Below, piece by piece: positions 1 through 13,995 of a DNA stretch of 64,000 bases (positions within the stretch are counted from its first letter, which is position 1; each line of letters begins with the position of its first letter). Where the stretch lies: the NCBI GenBank assembly GCA_951406725.2, contig OX597823.1, forward strand, positions 26,908,001-26,972,000. Reading direction: 5' to 3'. A model generated the notes under the pieces. The model saw only the letters and a list, made by a program, of their open reading frames with translations. It searched no databases and was not told the DNA's origin. The DNA is from Octopus vulgaris (Eukaryota). A program made the translations under genes and the position numbers.

Positions 1-239
1 ACTGCTGTTTTAGCTCTTAGGGTCTTGAGTTATACAAGCCACCACACTGCAACAAGGACTGGGCTCTGTGATAAAAGAGTCAGATGGAGGAGGCCAAAAT
101 CTGATTCCGACGAAAATTGGAGATGGTCTAACAATGGCAGCAATCATGGATTCATTAGCGAAATTATAGGAATTTGAATTTTCAATCCTCACAGTAATTT
201 AAATTCGTCAGCTTTTATATGAATTCATATATTAGTCAT

Positions 240-860
<621 letters not shown>

Positions 861-1610
861 GCTTATGCCAACATGCAAACTATTTCAACTCTTTTACTCA
901 ATAACAAATTTCAGTAAACGGACTGAGTCCATACAAGGTGCCACCTTCGCTATACAAATATTTGACTTGCGTATTGGTGTTGCTGTTCCGAATATTTCCC
1001 AAACTAAAGAACTTATTCTTTCGGCTGTATATTCAAACATTTCTATTACGTTTTAATTATGTTAACTTGTCTTCGTATAATGTCTTATTCTGGTATATAT
1101 ATTTGTATATACAAATATATATGACAGTAACTTAGTATGTGTAAAAGATTACTATTATTTTATTATAAAGATCCGTAAATAGAATCTGGCCTGAAAGCAT
1201 GTACATATCTGAAAAGGAATAAGCCATCTGATGTCGACCAGACAGTAAATAAATGGAAATGTATAGATATGTATTGTAAATGCATCGTCGATAAATAAAA
1301 TTAATAGTTTGGTAAATTATAAAGGAAGGAGTCGTTGTTGTTTAAATTCAAGTCAAAGCTGTTCCATCCACGAACATCTCGTCATCTATTTTTAGACATA
1401 ATATATATGTAGGACTACATTATCGAATATTTTCTCCTCTTTTATTCAACACTATTGTTGTATAACATTATCACTCACTTGTTCTTTCAAAACGTATATA
1501 CTAATAACGGTGATCGATGAAAACCAAGAAACCAAGACTTCGAACGCGGTTGATTGGGTTTCATGTGTCGTCCCTAGATAGCTCATAAGATCGATTTCTG
1601 GCATGGAAAT

Positions 1611-1843
1611 AACCTATTTCTTTACTACCCACATGGGGCTAAACACAGAGAGGACAAACAAGAACAGACAAATGGATTAAGTCGATTAAATTGACCCCAG
1701 TGCGTGATTGGTACTTAATTTATCGACCCCGAAAGGATGAAAGGCAAAGTAGACCTCGACGGAATTTGAACTCAGAACGTAACGACAGACGAAATACGGC
1801 TACGCATTTCGCCCGGCGTGCTAACGATTCTGCCAGCTTGCCG
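1611..1843 (-). mobile_element. tRNA-derived SINE with Nin-like domain (family B)
   Basis: The minus strand reads head ggcaagctggcagaatcgttagcacg, B-box gagttcaaattcc, then tttgcctttcatcctttcggggtcgataaattaagtacc (Nin-domain-like), then tail tgtgtttagccccatgtgggtagtaaa. Many copies occur in the window. Confidence 0.85.
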
Positions 1844-2411
1844 AACCGTCATTGTGGTCACTAGCTTCATTTGAATTACCCTTGTAAGGATTTTGTACAT
1901 TTGCTAATGAGGGTTTAGCAAAGGTGTCAGTTCTGTTGAAGCTGTTCCTAAGATGCTGTGATAACACTCATATCTCTAAATGCTATTTTCACATTACCGT
2001 TACAGTACTTTTGCCGGCTCTTTCGTTCTTTCCGTTCTCTTTCTTTCCAACATACAACAAATCACCAGCTTTGTTTTCGTTCGGTTATTTGCTTGATTAA
2101 GCAATTAAAATCTCCTTCACTTTTGTAGTAGAGTAATAGTTAATGCAATTAGGTCCAAATTATTTTTATAATTCATCATTAAGTAACCAATAAAAGCGAT
2201 GAGTTTCTTTAACTGTAATTTAGCTGTCAGTTTAATTTCTATTTTATTAAAAAAAAAACCCTTGGCTTCGCTGTATTCAACCTGTCGTATGATTTATGAG
2301 GTACGGCGTAACGAAGTTAGTTACAATAAAAACGAAATGCGAAATATGCACGTTTACTCACACACGCGCATTCACACACACACATATGTATATATATAGA
2401 TATATGAAAAT

Positions 2412-2455
<44 letters not shown>

Positions 2456-2599
2456 GCGTGCGTGTGTGCATGGTGCGTATGGAAATGAAGTCTTGCTTTC
2501 ACCTAACATATGTAGAACGAAATTTCGTTTTGTTTCCGTTTGTTAACTGAGTGTTGAGGTTGAATTAAATAGGTTTTTGGTTATGAAATGCTCTTCGAA

Positions 2600-2804
2600 T
2601 CATATCCGCTCGTTCTCTAGGCAGGCAGGCCGACATTCCCTCGGAACGGAGCACCAATACGTCAAGGCGTAATGCATTTCAGCTGAGTCAGTCTGGAGCC
2701 ACGTGGAGCGAAGTGCTTTGCTTAAGAACGCAACGCACAGCCTGTCTGGGAATGAAACCATGACCCCGTGTTCGCGAGTGCAACACCCTAACCATGCGCC
2801 TCCA
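2600..2804 (-). mobile_element. Degenerate tRNA-derived SINE (family D-like head)
   Basis: The minus strand starts tggaggcgcatggttagggtgttgcactcgcg. It is similar to 59755-59947 and 61373-61686. Confidence 0.55.
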
Positions 2805-3240
2805 AATCTCTATTTATAAAACTGAAATGCGAAAAGTTTGCTTGTTTGTTTGACCGCTTGGCCCGCTTTCAACACCACTACATCCCGTCGGATTGACTCC
2901 AAAATTTACAGGAACATGTAAAATGAGGTGACGATGCCCGTGGGCTACGTTAGAAATCCCTATCTTAAAAGGTGTCGTTGCTAGGGCCAAAAACCCACTT
3001 TGACAAGTCCACTCTCAGTCTTTTATGTATCTGTCTTCCTCACTCACTCACTCTATTTCCTCCCTTCCCATCTTTTTCTATATATAACGTCGATTCGTCA
3101 AACGACATTCTACAGCGCTTTCACACACTCTCTCTCTCTACACGTCTGTCTGCATTCATACAGATAATTATCATCGCCACCACAACCACCACACAGGTTT
3201 GGGTGGCCGCACAGCTACAGTTAGACAACGGTTAATAACA

Positions 3241-3978
3241 TTCGATGTTGATAATGCCTGGATTGTTCCATTCAACCCTTTGCTTTCCAAAACATTTAAT
3301 GCATACATTAATGTTGATTACTGCAGTTCGGTGAGATGCATGCAATACCTCTGCAAGTACATTAATAAGGGCGATGATATGGCCGTGTTTGTGTTCAGTG
3401 ATGAAGACCTTAGACATGACGAAATTAAACAATTCGTTTTGGGTAGGTATGTATCCTCCAATTATGCAGCGTGGCGCATTTTTCGATACGAGATTCATCT
3501 AAGCTCACCATCAGTTTTCCACCTGAATGTCCATTTACAGAAGAGACAGCTGGTTTACTTCACAGAGAAAAATGCACGTCAAGTCATTGAAAATCCAAAA
3601 GGGACTACGCTTACAGCGTTTTTTAAATTGTGTTCAGTTGATGAGTTTGATGCTACTCTCGTTTACCCTGAAGTACCGGAATATTACACAAACAACAACA
3701 ATAATTGGAAGCGCAGGTCACATGGAACAGAACTTGACAATTGGCCCGGTGTTTCTAGGAAGAACGTCATTGGGCGTGTGTATAATATTCATCCTGCCAA
3801 ACAGGAAATCTTCTTTTTGAGAATGCTGCTTCATGTAGTTACTGGATCGAAGTCTTTTGCTGATCTTCGCACGGTTGATGGTATCATCTGCGCCACTTAC
3901 AGGGAAGCATGTTTGAGGCGCGGACTACTTCTCAATGACGACCACTTACACAGGACATTAGCAGAGGCCTCAAAATGA
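3241..3978 (+). pseudogene. Helitron RepHel fragment (Rep motif 3 and linker; no HUH motif, no Pif1 helicase core)
   Basis: Uninterrupted frame with VDNAWIVPFNPLL..INVDYC, YLCKYINKG, DEIKQF..GRYVSS..AAWRIF, TTLTAFF, GRVY..HP...E.FFLRMLL..V.G..SF.DLRTVDG...TYREAC..RGLL. Confidence 0.92.
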
Positions 3979-3985
3979 AATTAAG

Positions 3986-4031
<46 letters not shown>

Positions 4032-4082
4032 ATCTATATATAAATACGTATATATAATGTATATATATACAAAGTGTATATA

Positions 4083-4124
<42 letters not shown>

Positions 4125-4300
4125 CAAATTGAGACAGGGGTTGTAAATGCAACCCTCCATGGGATAACATATATCCAATATACTGCTAGTGAAGTACCCA
4201 ACAAAGTTAATACATAAATGTTAAGAATTGCGATGCAATTAATTCATTTACAGTATTATATGGGCAAAGGTAAAATGTTTTACCACAAATTAATAATATA

Positions 4301-4570
4301 AAATAAGAAAATGGAGAAATACATCTAAATCAATTATCAACTACCAGATAATACCCAATCATATAAATAAGAATATAAATAAATATAAATAAATATTCTC
4401 TTATACATATTGTACTTATTGTATCATATTACTCCTACATGTACACTGTTTTGTTCTATATTATTATGTTTGACCTTAATGTTCATATGTAGTGGTTTAA
4501 TAAAGTATGTGATTGGGTATTATCTGGTAGTTGATAATTGATTTAGATGTATCTCTCCATTTTCTTATTT
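4301..4570. repeat. 60-bp inverted repeat inside a (TA)n-flanked module (~4121-4575) nested in the Helitron; likely PLE-derived
   Basis: 4301-4360 equals the reverse complement of 4511-4570 with one mismatch. Confidence 0.75.
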
Positions 4571-4662
4571 TGTATATATATATAATTTGTATACATTTAT
4601 ATATATACCACACTCTTACTCGCGCGTAGAGCGGGTCACCTTCAGCTAGTATACATATAAAC

Positions 4663-4748
<86 letters not shown>

Positions 4749-4837
4749 TCATCCATCCATCCATCCATCCATCCGTGCGTCCGTCTGTCTCTCTATATAC
4801 CAATCTATCTATACACACACACACACACATACGCACA

Positions 4838-4914
<77 letters not shown>

Positions 4915-4917
<3 letters not shown>

Positions 4918-5343
4918 CTGCTTCCCAACCATATGGTTCTGGGTTCAGTCCTACTGTATGCCACTTTGGGCAAGTGTCTTCTTCTATAACATAAGGTCGA
5001 TCAAAGCCTTGTGAGTGGATTTGATAGACAGAAACGGAAAGAAGCCCGTCGTATATACATATATATGTACATATCTATGTGTGCGTATGTGTGTGTGTAT
5101 GTGTGTATGTGTGAGTATGTGTGTGTGTGTCTTTGTGTCCGTGTTTTTTGTTCCCCACCACCGCTTTACAGCCGACGTTGGTATGTTTACGCCCCCGTAA
5201 CTTAGCGGTTCGGCAAAAGAAACCGATAGAATAAGTACAAGGCTTAAAAAACTCCTTGGGGTGATTTATTTCGAATAAAACCCTTTAAGGCCGCGCCCCA
5301 GCTAGGGCACAGTCAAATGACTGAAACAAATAAAAGATAATAG

Positions 5344-5345
<2 letters not shown>
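4915..5345 (+). mobile_element. CORE-like SINE (family A), head slightly truncated
   Basis: gggttcagtcc..ccactttgggcaagtgtcttc, internal (TG)n, tail cacagtcaaatgactgaaacaaataaaag. Confidence 0.85.
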
Positions 5346-5407
<62 letters not shown>

Positions 5408-5771
5408 TACACACGCGCGCATACAAAGAGAAATTCACTTGCGTTAGTTCTCTACCTTCAGTGGTGGTATTCCACATAAGAAGCTATTAAATGGCGTCTC
5501 TACTCGCTAGAAAAAACCCCCCAATAAACCAGTGAAATTTCCTCCAAAGAAGCAAGGTTGGATAACGTAGTTCTAAATATAAGATGCTTGATCAAACTCT
5601 CTTCATCACCACAATAAAAAACTTGTCACCGACACATATTACGGAACTATTCCGTATTGTGGTATCTCCCCTTCTTCCTAGTTCTCCTATGTAACCCCTC
5701 TGTCCGGCATTCTCCATGATAGATCACTAGCCACTTTTTCTGTTTTCTATCCCTGTTTATTTCTGTGTTCC

Positions 5772-5805
5772 TTTCTGTCGAAGAGCGTAGGCTCGAAACG
5801 TAAAT
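5772..5805 (+). ncRNA. Degenerate minimal hammerhead ribozyme motif (PLE type)
   Basis: ttt-CTGTCGA-A-GAGC-gtag-GCTC-GAAA-CG-TA-aat. Same architecture as 59406-59440, but core A6 is substituted. Confidence 0.5.
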
Positions 5806-5906
5806 GACTTTCTCCCTTCCCGAGCGTTAAACTAATACATCTGTTTGTTGTTTACACAGCCGTCTTTGTATTTTTTTGTTAATTCTCACTATACATACAT
5901 ACATAC

Positions 5907-5994
<88 letters not shown>

Positions 5995-7246
5995 TATATA
6001 TACATATATATTTACATACATACATATATATAATATAAATATATAAATATATGCATATATGCATACATATATATTTATATATACGTGCATATATGGGTAC
6101 AGGACGTAAAAATGTTGAACACAATGAGAAACGAAAACATACATACAAAAACAGAAACGAACTTTTTTAGAACAACGAAAAAATCAAACAGAAACGAGAC
6201 ATACAACATAAAGAATATTCCCCTTCTTCAGTTGTCCCTGTTTCAACTAATCCGCTGCCGAAGGCAAGGACAAGACGCGACTTCGTTGAAACAGTCCTTC
6301 CCGCAAAGCAAATTAAATAAAATTTGAGAGTGAAAGTGGTAACAAGAATAGGACAGTGAGAACAAAACAGTAAAAACAAAAGGTGAGGGCTGTTAAGTCA
6401 AGACGATAGAAAAATTATTATGAAAATATATATATAGGTGCGCTATATTATGTTATAAGTATAGCACAATATACAGTAGGGTGCCTACAGACAAGTGAAT
6501 TGGAGTGTTGTCATTGACAGAATATACTGAGCAATACCATATATTGGTCTGTACATACAGTAAGACTGATTGTGAAGTTGATAGTGAAGATGTGGTGACT
6601 ATTGTTATATTATTGCGAACTGCTATAATGGCAAGCAGTTGGGTTGAACCGTTGACAATTCAGTACACTGAATGAAGATGTGCGCTCTCAAGTGCACGCA
6701 TACAGTATCGTACACACATGCACATACGTACTTATGTGCAACATGGCTCCATTTATCAATATTTTAAAAACTTTAGATGTCATATTTCTATATATATATC
6801 TATGTATAAGGTGACATACTGTGGTACCGGCTTGGAGACAGGTGGTTTCGGCTGCTGACACGTTTAATGCAATGATAATAGACACAGTTAAGTATACTAT
6901 ACCATTATGTGGTACTGCAGATACGTGGATTCTGCTAGAGACATTCATATGCCTAGATCGTGGAATACCAGAGACATTAAATGAACTAAAGGCGTTCATC
7001 TTTAGAACAGAATTCAAATGAAAGTTAATACAAAAAAAGCGTAGAAAAGTTATATTTAGACAAGGGCTGGTTTTAAAGCATTGAAGGAATGTATCTAATA
7101 TGTGAGAGGGGAATAATGTAAGAATATTTTTTTCGTGGTTTTAAGCTTTGACTGCTACTTTTAGCTTGTAAGAAATCCATATAGTGATTTTTTCTTCGTG
7201 TATCTTTCATACACTATTATATATATATATATATATATGAATCCCC

Positions 7247-7680
7247 AAAACGGAATAAGAACGTAATGGATAACAATAAAGACATACGGACAGATAAACA
7301 ATACAAAGACGGGCAGGAAAAACCAGGATGGATCATTCGTGGCCTTCTATTCTTCAGTCAAGTTTCCAATTTTCATTACAGTTTCGGCCCGTTACATTTC
7401 AGACTGTTCAAAATTGGTTGGCGCCCAAAATCTAAGCTAAGAGCATTAAATTTTTGGAAGAAAACAATCGAATATATACGACAACAAACAAAATTTAATG
7501 AGGGCAACCAATTTTGAACAGTCTTACGTATAAGAGGCCGAGACTGCAATGATAATTGGAAACTTGACTGAAGAATAGAAGACCACATATGATCCGCTCT
7601 GGTTTTTTCCTGTCCATCTTTTTTATCATCTATCTGTCCGTATGTTTTTACTGTTGTCCGTTATGTTCCTATTCCGTTTT
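7247..7680. repeat. ~145-bp diverged inverted repeat between (TA)n tracts (PLE-like fold-back module)
   Basis: ~7247-7389 aligns with the reverse complement of ~7536-7680 (e.g. cttctattcttcagtcaagtttccaat / attggaaacttgactgaagaatagaag). Confidence 0.8.
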
Positions 7681-7729
7681 TTTTCGTTTGATATATATAT
7701 ATATATAGCGGCGTACGTACACTTTCTAA

Positions 7730-7789
<60 letters not shown>

Positions 7790-8242
7790 AATATAAATAA
7801 AGACCAGCATGAGGACGTGCACAAGAAATTTATTAGCTTGTCACACGGTGAAACTAGAGTTTGACGTTTCGAGCATAGTTTTTTGTCGGAAACGTAAAAA
7901 GGAAAATGTAAAGGTGAAGAAATCATCAACGGCATACGAGTAGTCACATTGTAATTACACACACACACACACGCACACACACACATACACACACACACTC
8001 ACATATAACAATCGCTAATTACCTCCCCTTAGATTTATGTAGCTACTGATTTATTTACGAAACAACTAAAACAACATACTAACATGGACTAAAAGCTTCC
8101 TATGATACCACGAAACCATGAAATTGTAATATTTTCGTCAATTTCTTACTCTTGATTAGCAAAGGGAATCTGGTTAACTATGTAAAAAAATGTGTACATT
8201 TTATACATGTTCCTTTTTTTATACATCTTTAACATTTTTTTG

Positions 8243-8291
<49 letters not shown>

Positions 8292-8777
8292 ACAAGGGAG
8301 AGAGGGGGGAGAGCGGGGTAGAGAAAGTTAAAAATATAAAAAAAGATATGTTTATACAAAAGATGTTTTCAAAGTCTTGAAGCGATAGAAAAGATATAAC
8401 TAGAAGCGACTTAGTGTTGAGTTAAGAGAACATATATCTAGACAACGGCTGGTTTATAAGTCTTGAAGCGATATACATAATACACGAGAAGAAGTATGCC
8501 TAGAAGTTATATACAGAGTTAACATATCAGAAGAGATATATCCAGACAAAGGCTGGTCTCAGAGAATGAAAGAAAAAGATTAGGATCAATCTTCATACAG
8601 AAGAAACATTGAATCTGCTCCACATATTACTGTTGACATGATACCAACCAGTGAAAGTGCGTGAGATAGGTTAGGTGTTGGTCTAACCATAAGACTTGCA
8701 TTTCGGATTGGGTTGTGTGTTGTGTTCTTGAGCAAATCACTTCATTTTCACGTTATTCTAGCTCACTTGGTAAAAAA

Positions 8778-8985
8778 TTATTTCCTTACTACCCACAAGG
8801 GGCTAAACACAGAGGGGACAAGCAAGGACAGATATCGACCCAGTGCGTAACTGGTACTTAATTTATCGACCCCGAAAGGATGAAAGGCAAAATCAACCTC
8901 GGCGGAATTTGAACTCAGAACGTAACGGCAGACGAAATACGGCTATGCATTTCGCCCAGCGTGCTAACGATTTTGCCAGCTCGCC
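8778..8985 (-). mobile_element. Nin-like SINE (family B), adjacent to or inserted in an older + strand SINE head (~8660-8770)
   Basis: Near-identical to 1611-1843 and 34747-34964. Confidence 0.85.
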
Positions 8986-10944
8986 ATGAGCCTCAGTTCC
9001 AGCGGCATCTGAGAGTTAACTTTCCAAGAGGCTGGTGTCTCTTTCAGTGGGTGAGGAGTCTTGTATTATCAGTCTAAAGGACTTGAAAATCCGGATAGGC
9101 TCCGATCTTATGAACTTGTAGTCTTCTGGAAGATGATATAAACCAGTGATTTAAAACAAGTTGCTCTAAGCCAACAAATAAATCTATATGCGGTCAGAAA
9201 GAATCTATATACTAGAAAGAAATAGGAGCAAAATTTTCAACAAATCATCATTTTAAAACTATGAAGAATACACGAGAAATGAAGTTGTGGATAACTGTAA
9301 AAGATTTGATACCTTAGGCAGTCCTCCTCTTCCTCTCCTCGTCTTCCCTCCCTCCTCCCTTCCCTCCTCTTCCTCCATCTCTCTCCTCCTCATCCTCCCC
9401 CTCTTCCTTATTATCATGATCAGCAACAGGTGTTTGTCATATACACTGTGAATTAAATTATTCACATCAAGTGAAGAGTTTGATTAAGCTACAGTGTAAC
9501 AGTACATCAGGTTGGTCAACAATGGCTGTGTTATACAGTTCAATAAAAGAAGGTGAATAGAGCATCCGAACATGGTGGCTTAATCGAATCAGTTTTTCTC
9601 TATTTACCTGAATATTGAATCATACATAACAGAATGCTACTGAAAGGAACTCAGTAATGGCTACTTAATTTCTCATTGTATGTAGTCTAAAATGTGTAAT
9701 ATAACATAATATCATTTAATGTAGTATAATATAATATAATACAATATAATATAATATAATATGTTTTGAATCTCTGAGCGAGAGATAAGCGGTAAATGTA
9801 CCGAACAGTAAAGTTTATTTGCTAAGAAAATGTGGCAGTCCTACACAGGAGTATGTTACTACTCTTTTAGCCGCAGGAAAACATCTTTTCCAGCTGGTTA
9901 CCCACACACAGTTTTTGTCCGTATAGTATGAGCAAGGGAAATTATCGCTCCCATCTCTAGCCTTCACGATACTCACAGACCTAGGTTTCTGGATTGTTTT
10001 CCGTATTCGGTGTGACATATATAAAATTTACCTTGTATAGAATTTACTTTAACACAAAAATATAGAAATGCATCATCATCTTTATTATTAATCAAATTAA
10101 AAGTGGGAAACATACAGAAAATGTGGAATTCCGAAATAAACTATATCAAGGAGTACTTGGCTTTGTTTCCCCATATTCTTAGTTTAAGCCCTGGGAAAAT
10201 CTACTTTTCCTTTATTCTTGTAACCGGAAAAATAAGTGCTGTTCATATATGATCATTTTTAGCTTCAATCAATAAAACAACTTTACCGAACTGTGATCTT
10301 GTACCGAGTATGTAATTAATAGATAGATATGAAAAATGCTTGCAGTCTTTTTACACAGTCGCTTTAAATTGATTTCAGTCTTCTTTATAAGTAATTAAGT
10401 GTTATTTCGCTATTTCATTTCTTTAGAATTTGCGTATAAGTATTTAAAAGCTATCCCACTACCATTCATTACAATAATACTGCACAATTGCATTTCTATT
10501 ATAATTTGTTTTTTAATACAATTGTATTATAACATTGACTATCGGGCAATAGATTGGCTGAAGTGTTACAGCATTAGACAAAGTACTAAGTAGTTATTGA
10601 TCCAATTCTTTGTGTTTAGAGTTCAAATCCGCTGAGGATAAACCATAGAATCAATCTAGTACGAAGTTCAGTTTAATCGATTGCTCCTTCACCTCCACGT
10701 ATATTGACTCGTTACAATGCCACAAGTTTTTATCACAGTGAGTTTTCAGTTGTTCGATTAATTAAACCATCAAGTTTATTAAACTACTATGCTGCGCGTT
10801 TCTTTTACATGAATATCCGGCAGAATTAGTAGGACAAGGCTGCACCTTTGAAATACAGGTGCAATCCATCCGACAAGTTTCTATCTACCCAATTTCACTT
10901 AAAATACATGGGTCAAACGAGACAAATCTTCCCGAGCAAGCTCC

Positions 10945-11290
10945 TGGGAAAATGCTGTCCCTAAAAGGCTGTAGTCTATAGAGCCACCCTCATACCATCC
11001 GATGGCATTACAAGACGCTACAAGGGCATGACAACCAGTGATTTTAAGGAGAAGTTTAGTCAGCATATACACCCCTTCAGTTGCTGTGATGGGGAAAATT
11101 CTACCAGCTTCATTTGGATAATCTGCAAGTAATTTCCTAATATCAAACAGAAATCTCATTGACAGGGACTCCTTACTCACCTAGAAACGTAATTGTCAAC
11201 TCTATCTTCGCGAGAGACAAGACGTACTCCACCAACCTGCAGTATCCATCAACAGGAAAAATGCAATGTTTTACTGTTAACACTAGAGGT
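10945..11290 (+). pseudogene. Penelope-like element GIY-YIG endonuclease relic, Naiad-like
   Basis: GKCCP*KAVVYRATLIPSDGITRRYKGMTTSDFKEKFSQHIHPF...NSTSFIW, then in another frame KRNCQLYLRE...INRKNAMFYC*H. This matches the recalled C..VVY.AT / Y.G.T...FK.R...H / C.LCL.EK..LNKR.E..C.H pattern. Stops and frameshifts are present. Confidence 0.7.
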
Positions 11291-12717
11291 ACACCCTGTT
11301 AATGAACTTCAACTCGTTGGCAGCTGACAATCTAGATATTCCACCCTCGGCTTATTCGCACCACACACAGGGGCAGGGTACTTTCATTCGTGCCTCCCGT
11401 ATAAACAGCAGCCCTACCCATGTTGATTATCTGGCCTCAATTCTAATCTAACACCTTCAAATCCAGTTACTTTCACTTAAAGAATGCTGCTGCTAATATG
11501 TTTAATACACCTCTGAACGATGACTGAACCACTAATCTGCGACAACACCCCACCCTACCATATGTGATATCAAAAACAATGAACTGATATCACTGAATAC
11601 ACTATGTTATATAGCTCACCGTCAAAGTGGTTTCTGCTCCTTGCGAACATCCTGTCCAAGAACGTGGGTATAAGAATAAAGAAAGGGTCTCGTGTCGCAT
11701 CAACAGAGGCTTAACATCTAGAATCCAGCTTGAATCTGTCTCAGATCCTTTACTCTCCTCCGAATGTTGTGATGAGTTGGGTACGTCCTACGAGCCCACG
11801 AAACCTCAAGACATATGGAATTGAGTTAAAGTGTTATTAAAAACATGTTAATTTTTTTCGTTTGTTTTCTCATTCGTCTACTCAAAAATGAGTATCACTG
11901 ATTCTCCCCGCGAATTACATTAAGAGTACTCGTGTTTTGTGTGGTGCTCAAATACTTGCACGTTAATTTCACGAACAGGCTGCTCCGTTAATCGTATCAA
12001 CTGGAACCTTCGTTATATATATAATATATTTATATACATTGTTGTGTCTGGGGAGAGTCATTTTCTTTTTGTGCATTTTAATATAACACTCACCGGTAAA
12101 ATTTCCACTTTTTTTCTTATTTTTATTTTCCTCAAAACTTTCGTTGCGTCTTGCAACCTTTTCAATAATTTTGACTCTGTCCGTTATTTACACTGCGTTC
12201 ACTTTTCTTTGTTTGTGCGCATGTGTGTGTTTGTGTGTTTGTGTGTGCCTATACATGCATGAATGTACGTATGTATGTATGTGTGTGTTTGCATGTGTAT
12301 GTATGTATATTTATGTGTGTATGCATATGTATATATGTATGTATGTGTGTGCATCTGTATGTACGTATCCTACATATTTATGTGCTTGCATGTCCGTGTT
12401 TGTGTATTTTCTATGTATGTGTGTGAGCATGTGTTTGTATATGTATGCACTTCTGTCTCCTTGTGTATGCATGTCTGTGAGTGTGTGTTATGCAACTATG
12501 TACCATGTTTGTATATATGGATGTGCATCTTTATATGTGTGGATCCGTGTCTCCATATGAGTCTGTTCTTATAGCCTATGTAACTATCCGTCTGTATGTT
12601 GATCTGCTTATTTTCATATTTATATGCTTACATACAGAAATACAAAAAGGTGCATATACACGCACACTCACACCTCCCCCACACATACATACATTTATCT
12701 ACCTAACAGTCCACTAA

Positions 12718-12985
12718 CTATTCTACTCTACCTGTGTACCATGAACATGACGTACATAGAGGAGACATCTAGGAGCATTGCGGAACGAATAAACAAACAT
12801 CTGAGACAATATGACGACAGAAAACAGTTTCCTATACTCTACCAACATGCCAAAGACATCATGGAGGTAACTTGGGTCAACTTGACATCTGCATTTTATC
12901 CAAGCACCCAAAAGACCCAACACTCAGACAAATACGGGAGTACGTCCTTATAAATGAAACCTCCCCAATACTAAATAGGAAATAT
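12718..12985 (+). pseudogene. Penelope-like element GIY-YIG endonuclease C-terminal relic
   Basis: C...TYIEETSRSIAERINKHLRQY...ILYQH resembles YIGET.R....R..EH. It is followed by an A/C-rich tail ending in (TA)n at ~13085. Confidence 0.65.
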
Positions 12986-13101
12986 ACATAGTAAATGCCA
13001 TACCTCCCTACCCAGTTTACAATAGAATATGCTTCAACACACGAACTCATATAAAGAATCTTGCAAACCAAATCCAAAAACGAAATATATATATATATAT
13101 A

Positions 13102-13995
13102 CGAGGTCTGATCAATAGGTATCCGGACTGTTGCCATAGTAACAAGACTAAAGCATGCAGAGTGAAGCTGCTTACCACAGATTGACCTTGAACTCTACTG
13201 TGCATGCGCATTAAATTTTAACTTTCTAACTTACTTTCGCCGTTTACAGCAGTGCTTGGAAGGAAGGTGTGTATCGTGTGACCATCGCATTGACCATGAA
13301 TGAGAAAGTTGTTATGACAAAACCTGCTCACAGGCTTACGCAAAGTTGCAGAAAGTTTATAGAGATGAGTGTATGACCCGCACACAAGTCTACGAGAAAG
13401 TCAGATGTTTCCAAGATGGCCTAAAAACATGTTGATATTGACAAATGTTCTGGGAGACCTGCAACCAGCAGAACAGAGAAACACATAGCAGATGTACGTG
13501 CAGCTGTGAGAGGAAATCTTCGAATCACCCTCCGTGTGTTATCAGAGGATGTGCAGATTAGTTACGGTTCAGTTCAGTCCATTATCCCTGAAAATTTGGG
13601 TAGGTGACACGTACCTGCCAAGTTTGTTCCAAAACTGCTTTCAGCTGACCAAAAAGACATTTGGGTTTCAACTTCACAAGGTCTCCTTGATTGTATCGAG
13701 AACGATGAAAACTATGAAAACTTTGTATAGGCTTCTGAGCAAGTATCGCCAAGCTTTAGGCAAAATTTAATGCAGATTCTCTGCTCAACTTCCTCTGTTT
13801 TGGTCAGTGCGACGATAACCCGCTACACACCTTCCTTCCAAGTACTGCTGTAAACAGCGGAAGTGAGTTAAAACGTTAAAACCTAGTACGCATGCACAAC
13901 CGAGTTCAAGATCAATCTGTACTAAGTGGCTTTACCCTGTGTGGTTTAGCTTCGTTACTATGACAACACTCCGGATACTTATTGATCATATCACA
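13102..13995 (+). mobile_element. Fold-back non-autonomous mariner derivative (5' end duplicated in inverted orientation)
   Basis: TA-CGAGGTCTGATCAATAGGTATCCGGACT terminus. ~13719-13995 is the reverse complement of the 5' arm. The interior is a degenerate mariner transposase N-terminal HTH region ending at ENDEN..KTL. Confidence 0.85.

Larger units (their letters stand above)
2807..4649 (+). mobile_element. Non-autonomous (internally deleted) Helitron with both termini
   Basis: 5' A|TC-TCTATTTATAAAACTGAAATG...GTTTGCTTGTTTGTTTG. The 3' end has a subterminal hairpin actcgc..gcgggt (4618-4636) and CTAG|T at 4646-4650, i.e. insertion between A and T with no TSD. A RepHel fragment lies inside. 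Confidence 0.8.

Noticed and set aside
10-192. Balanced-composition stretch that could be an exon
   Set aside because: Frames are short or stopped, no recognisable domain, and no convincing splice pair.
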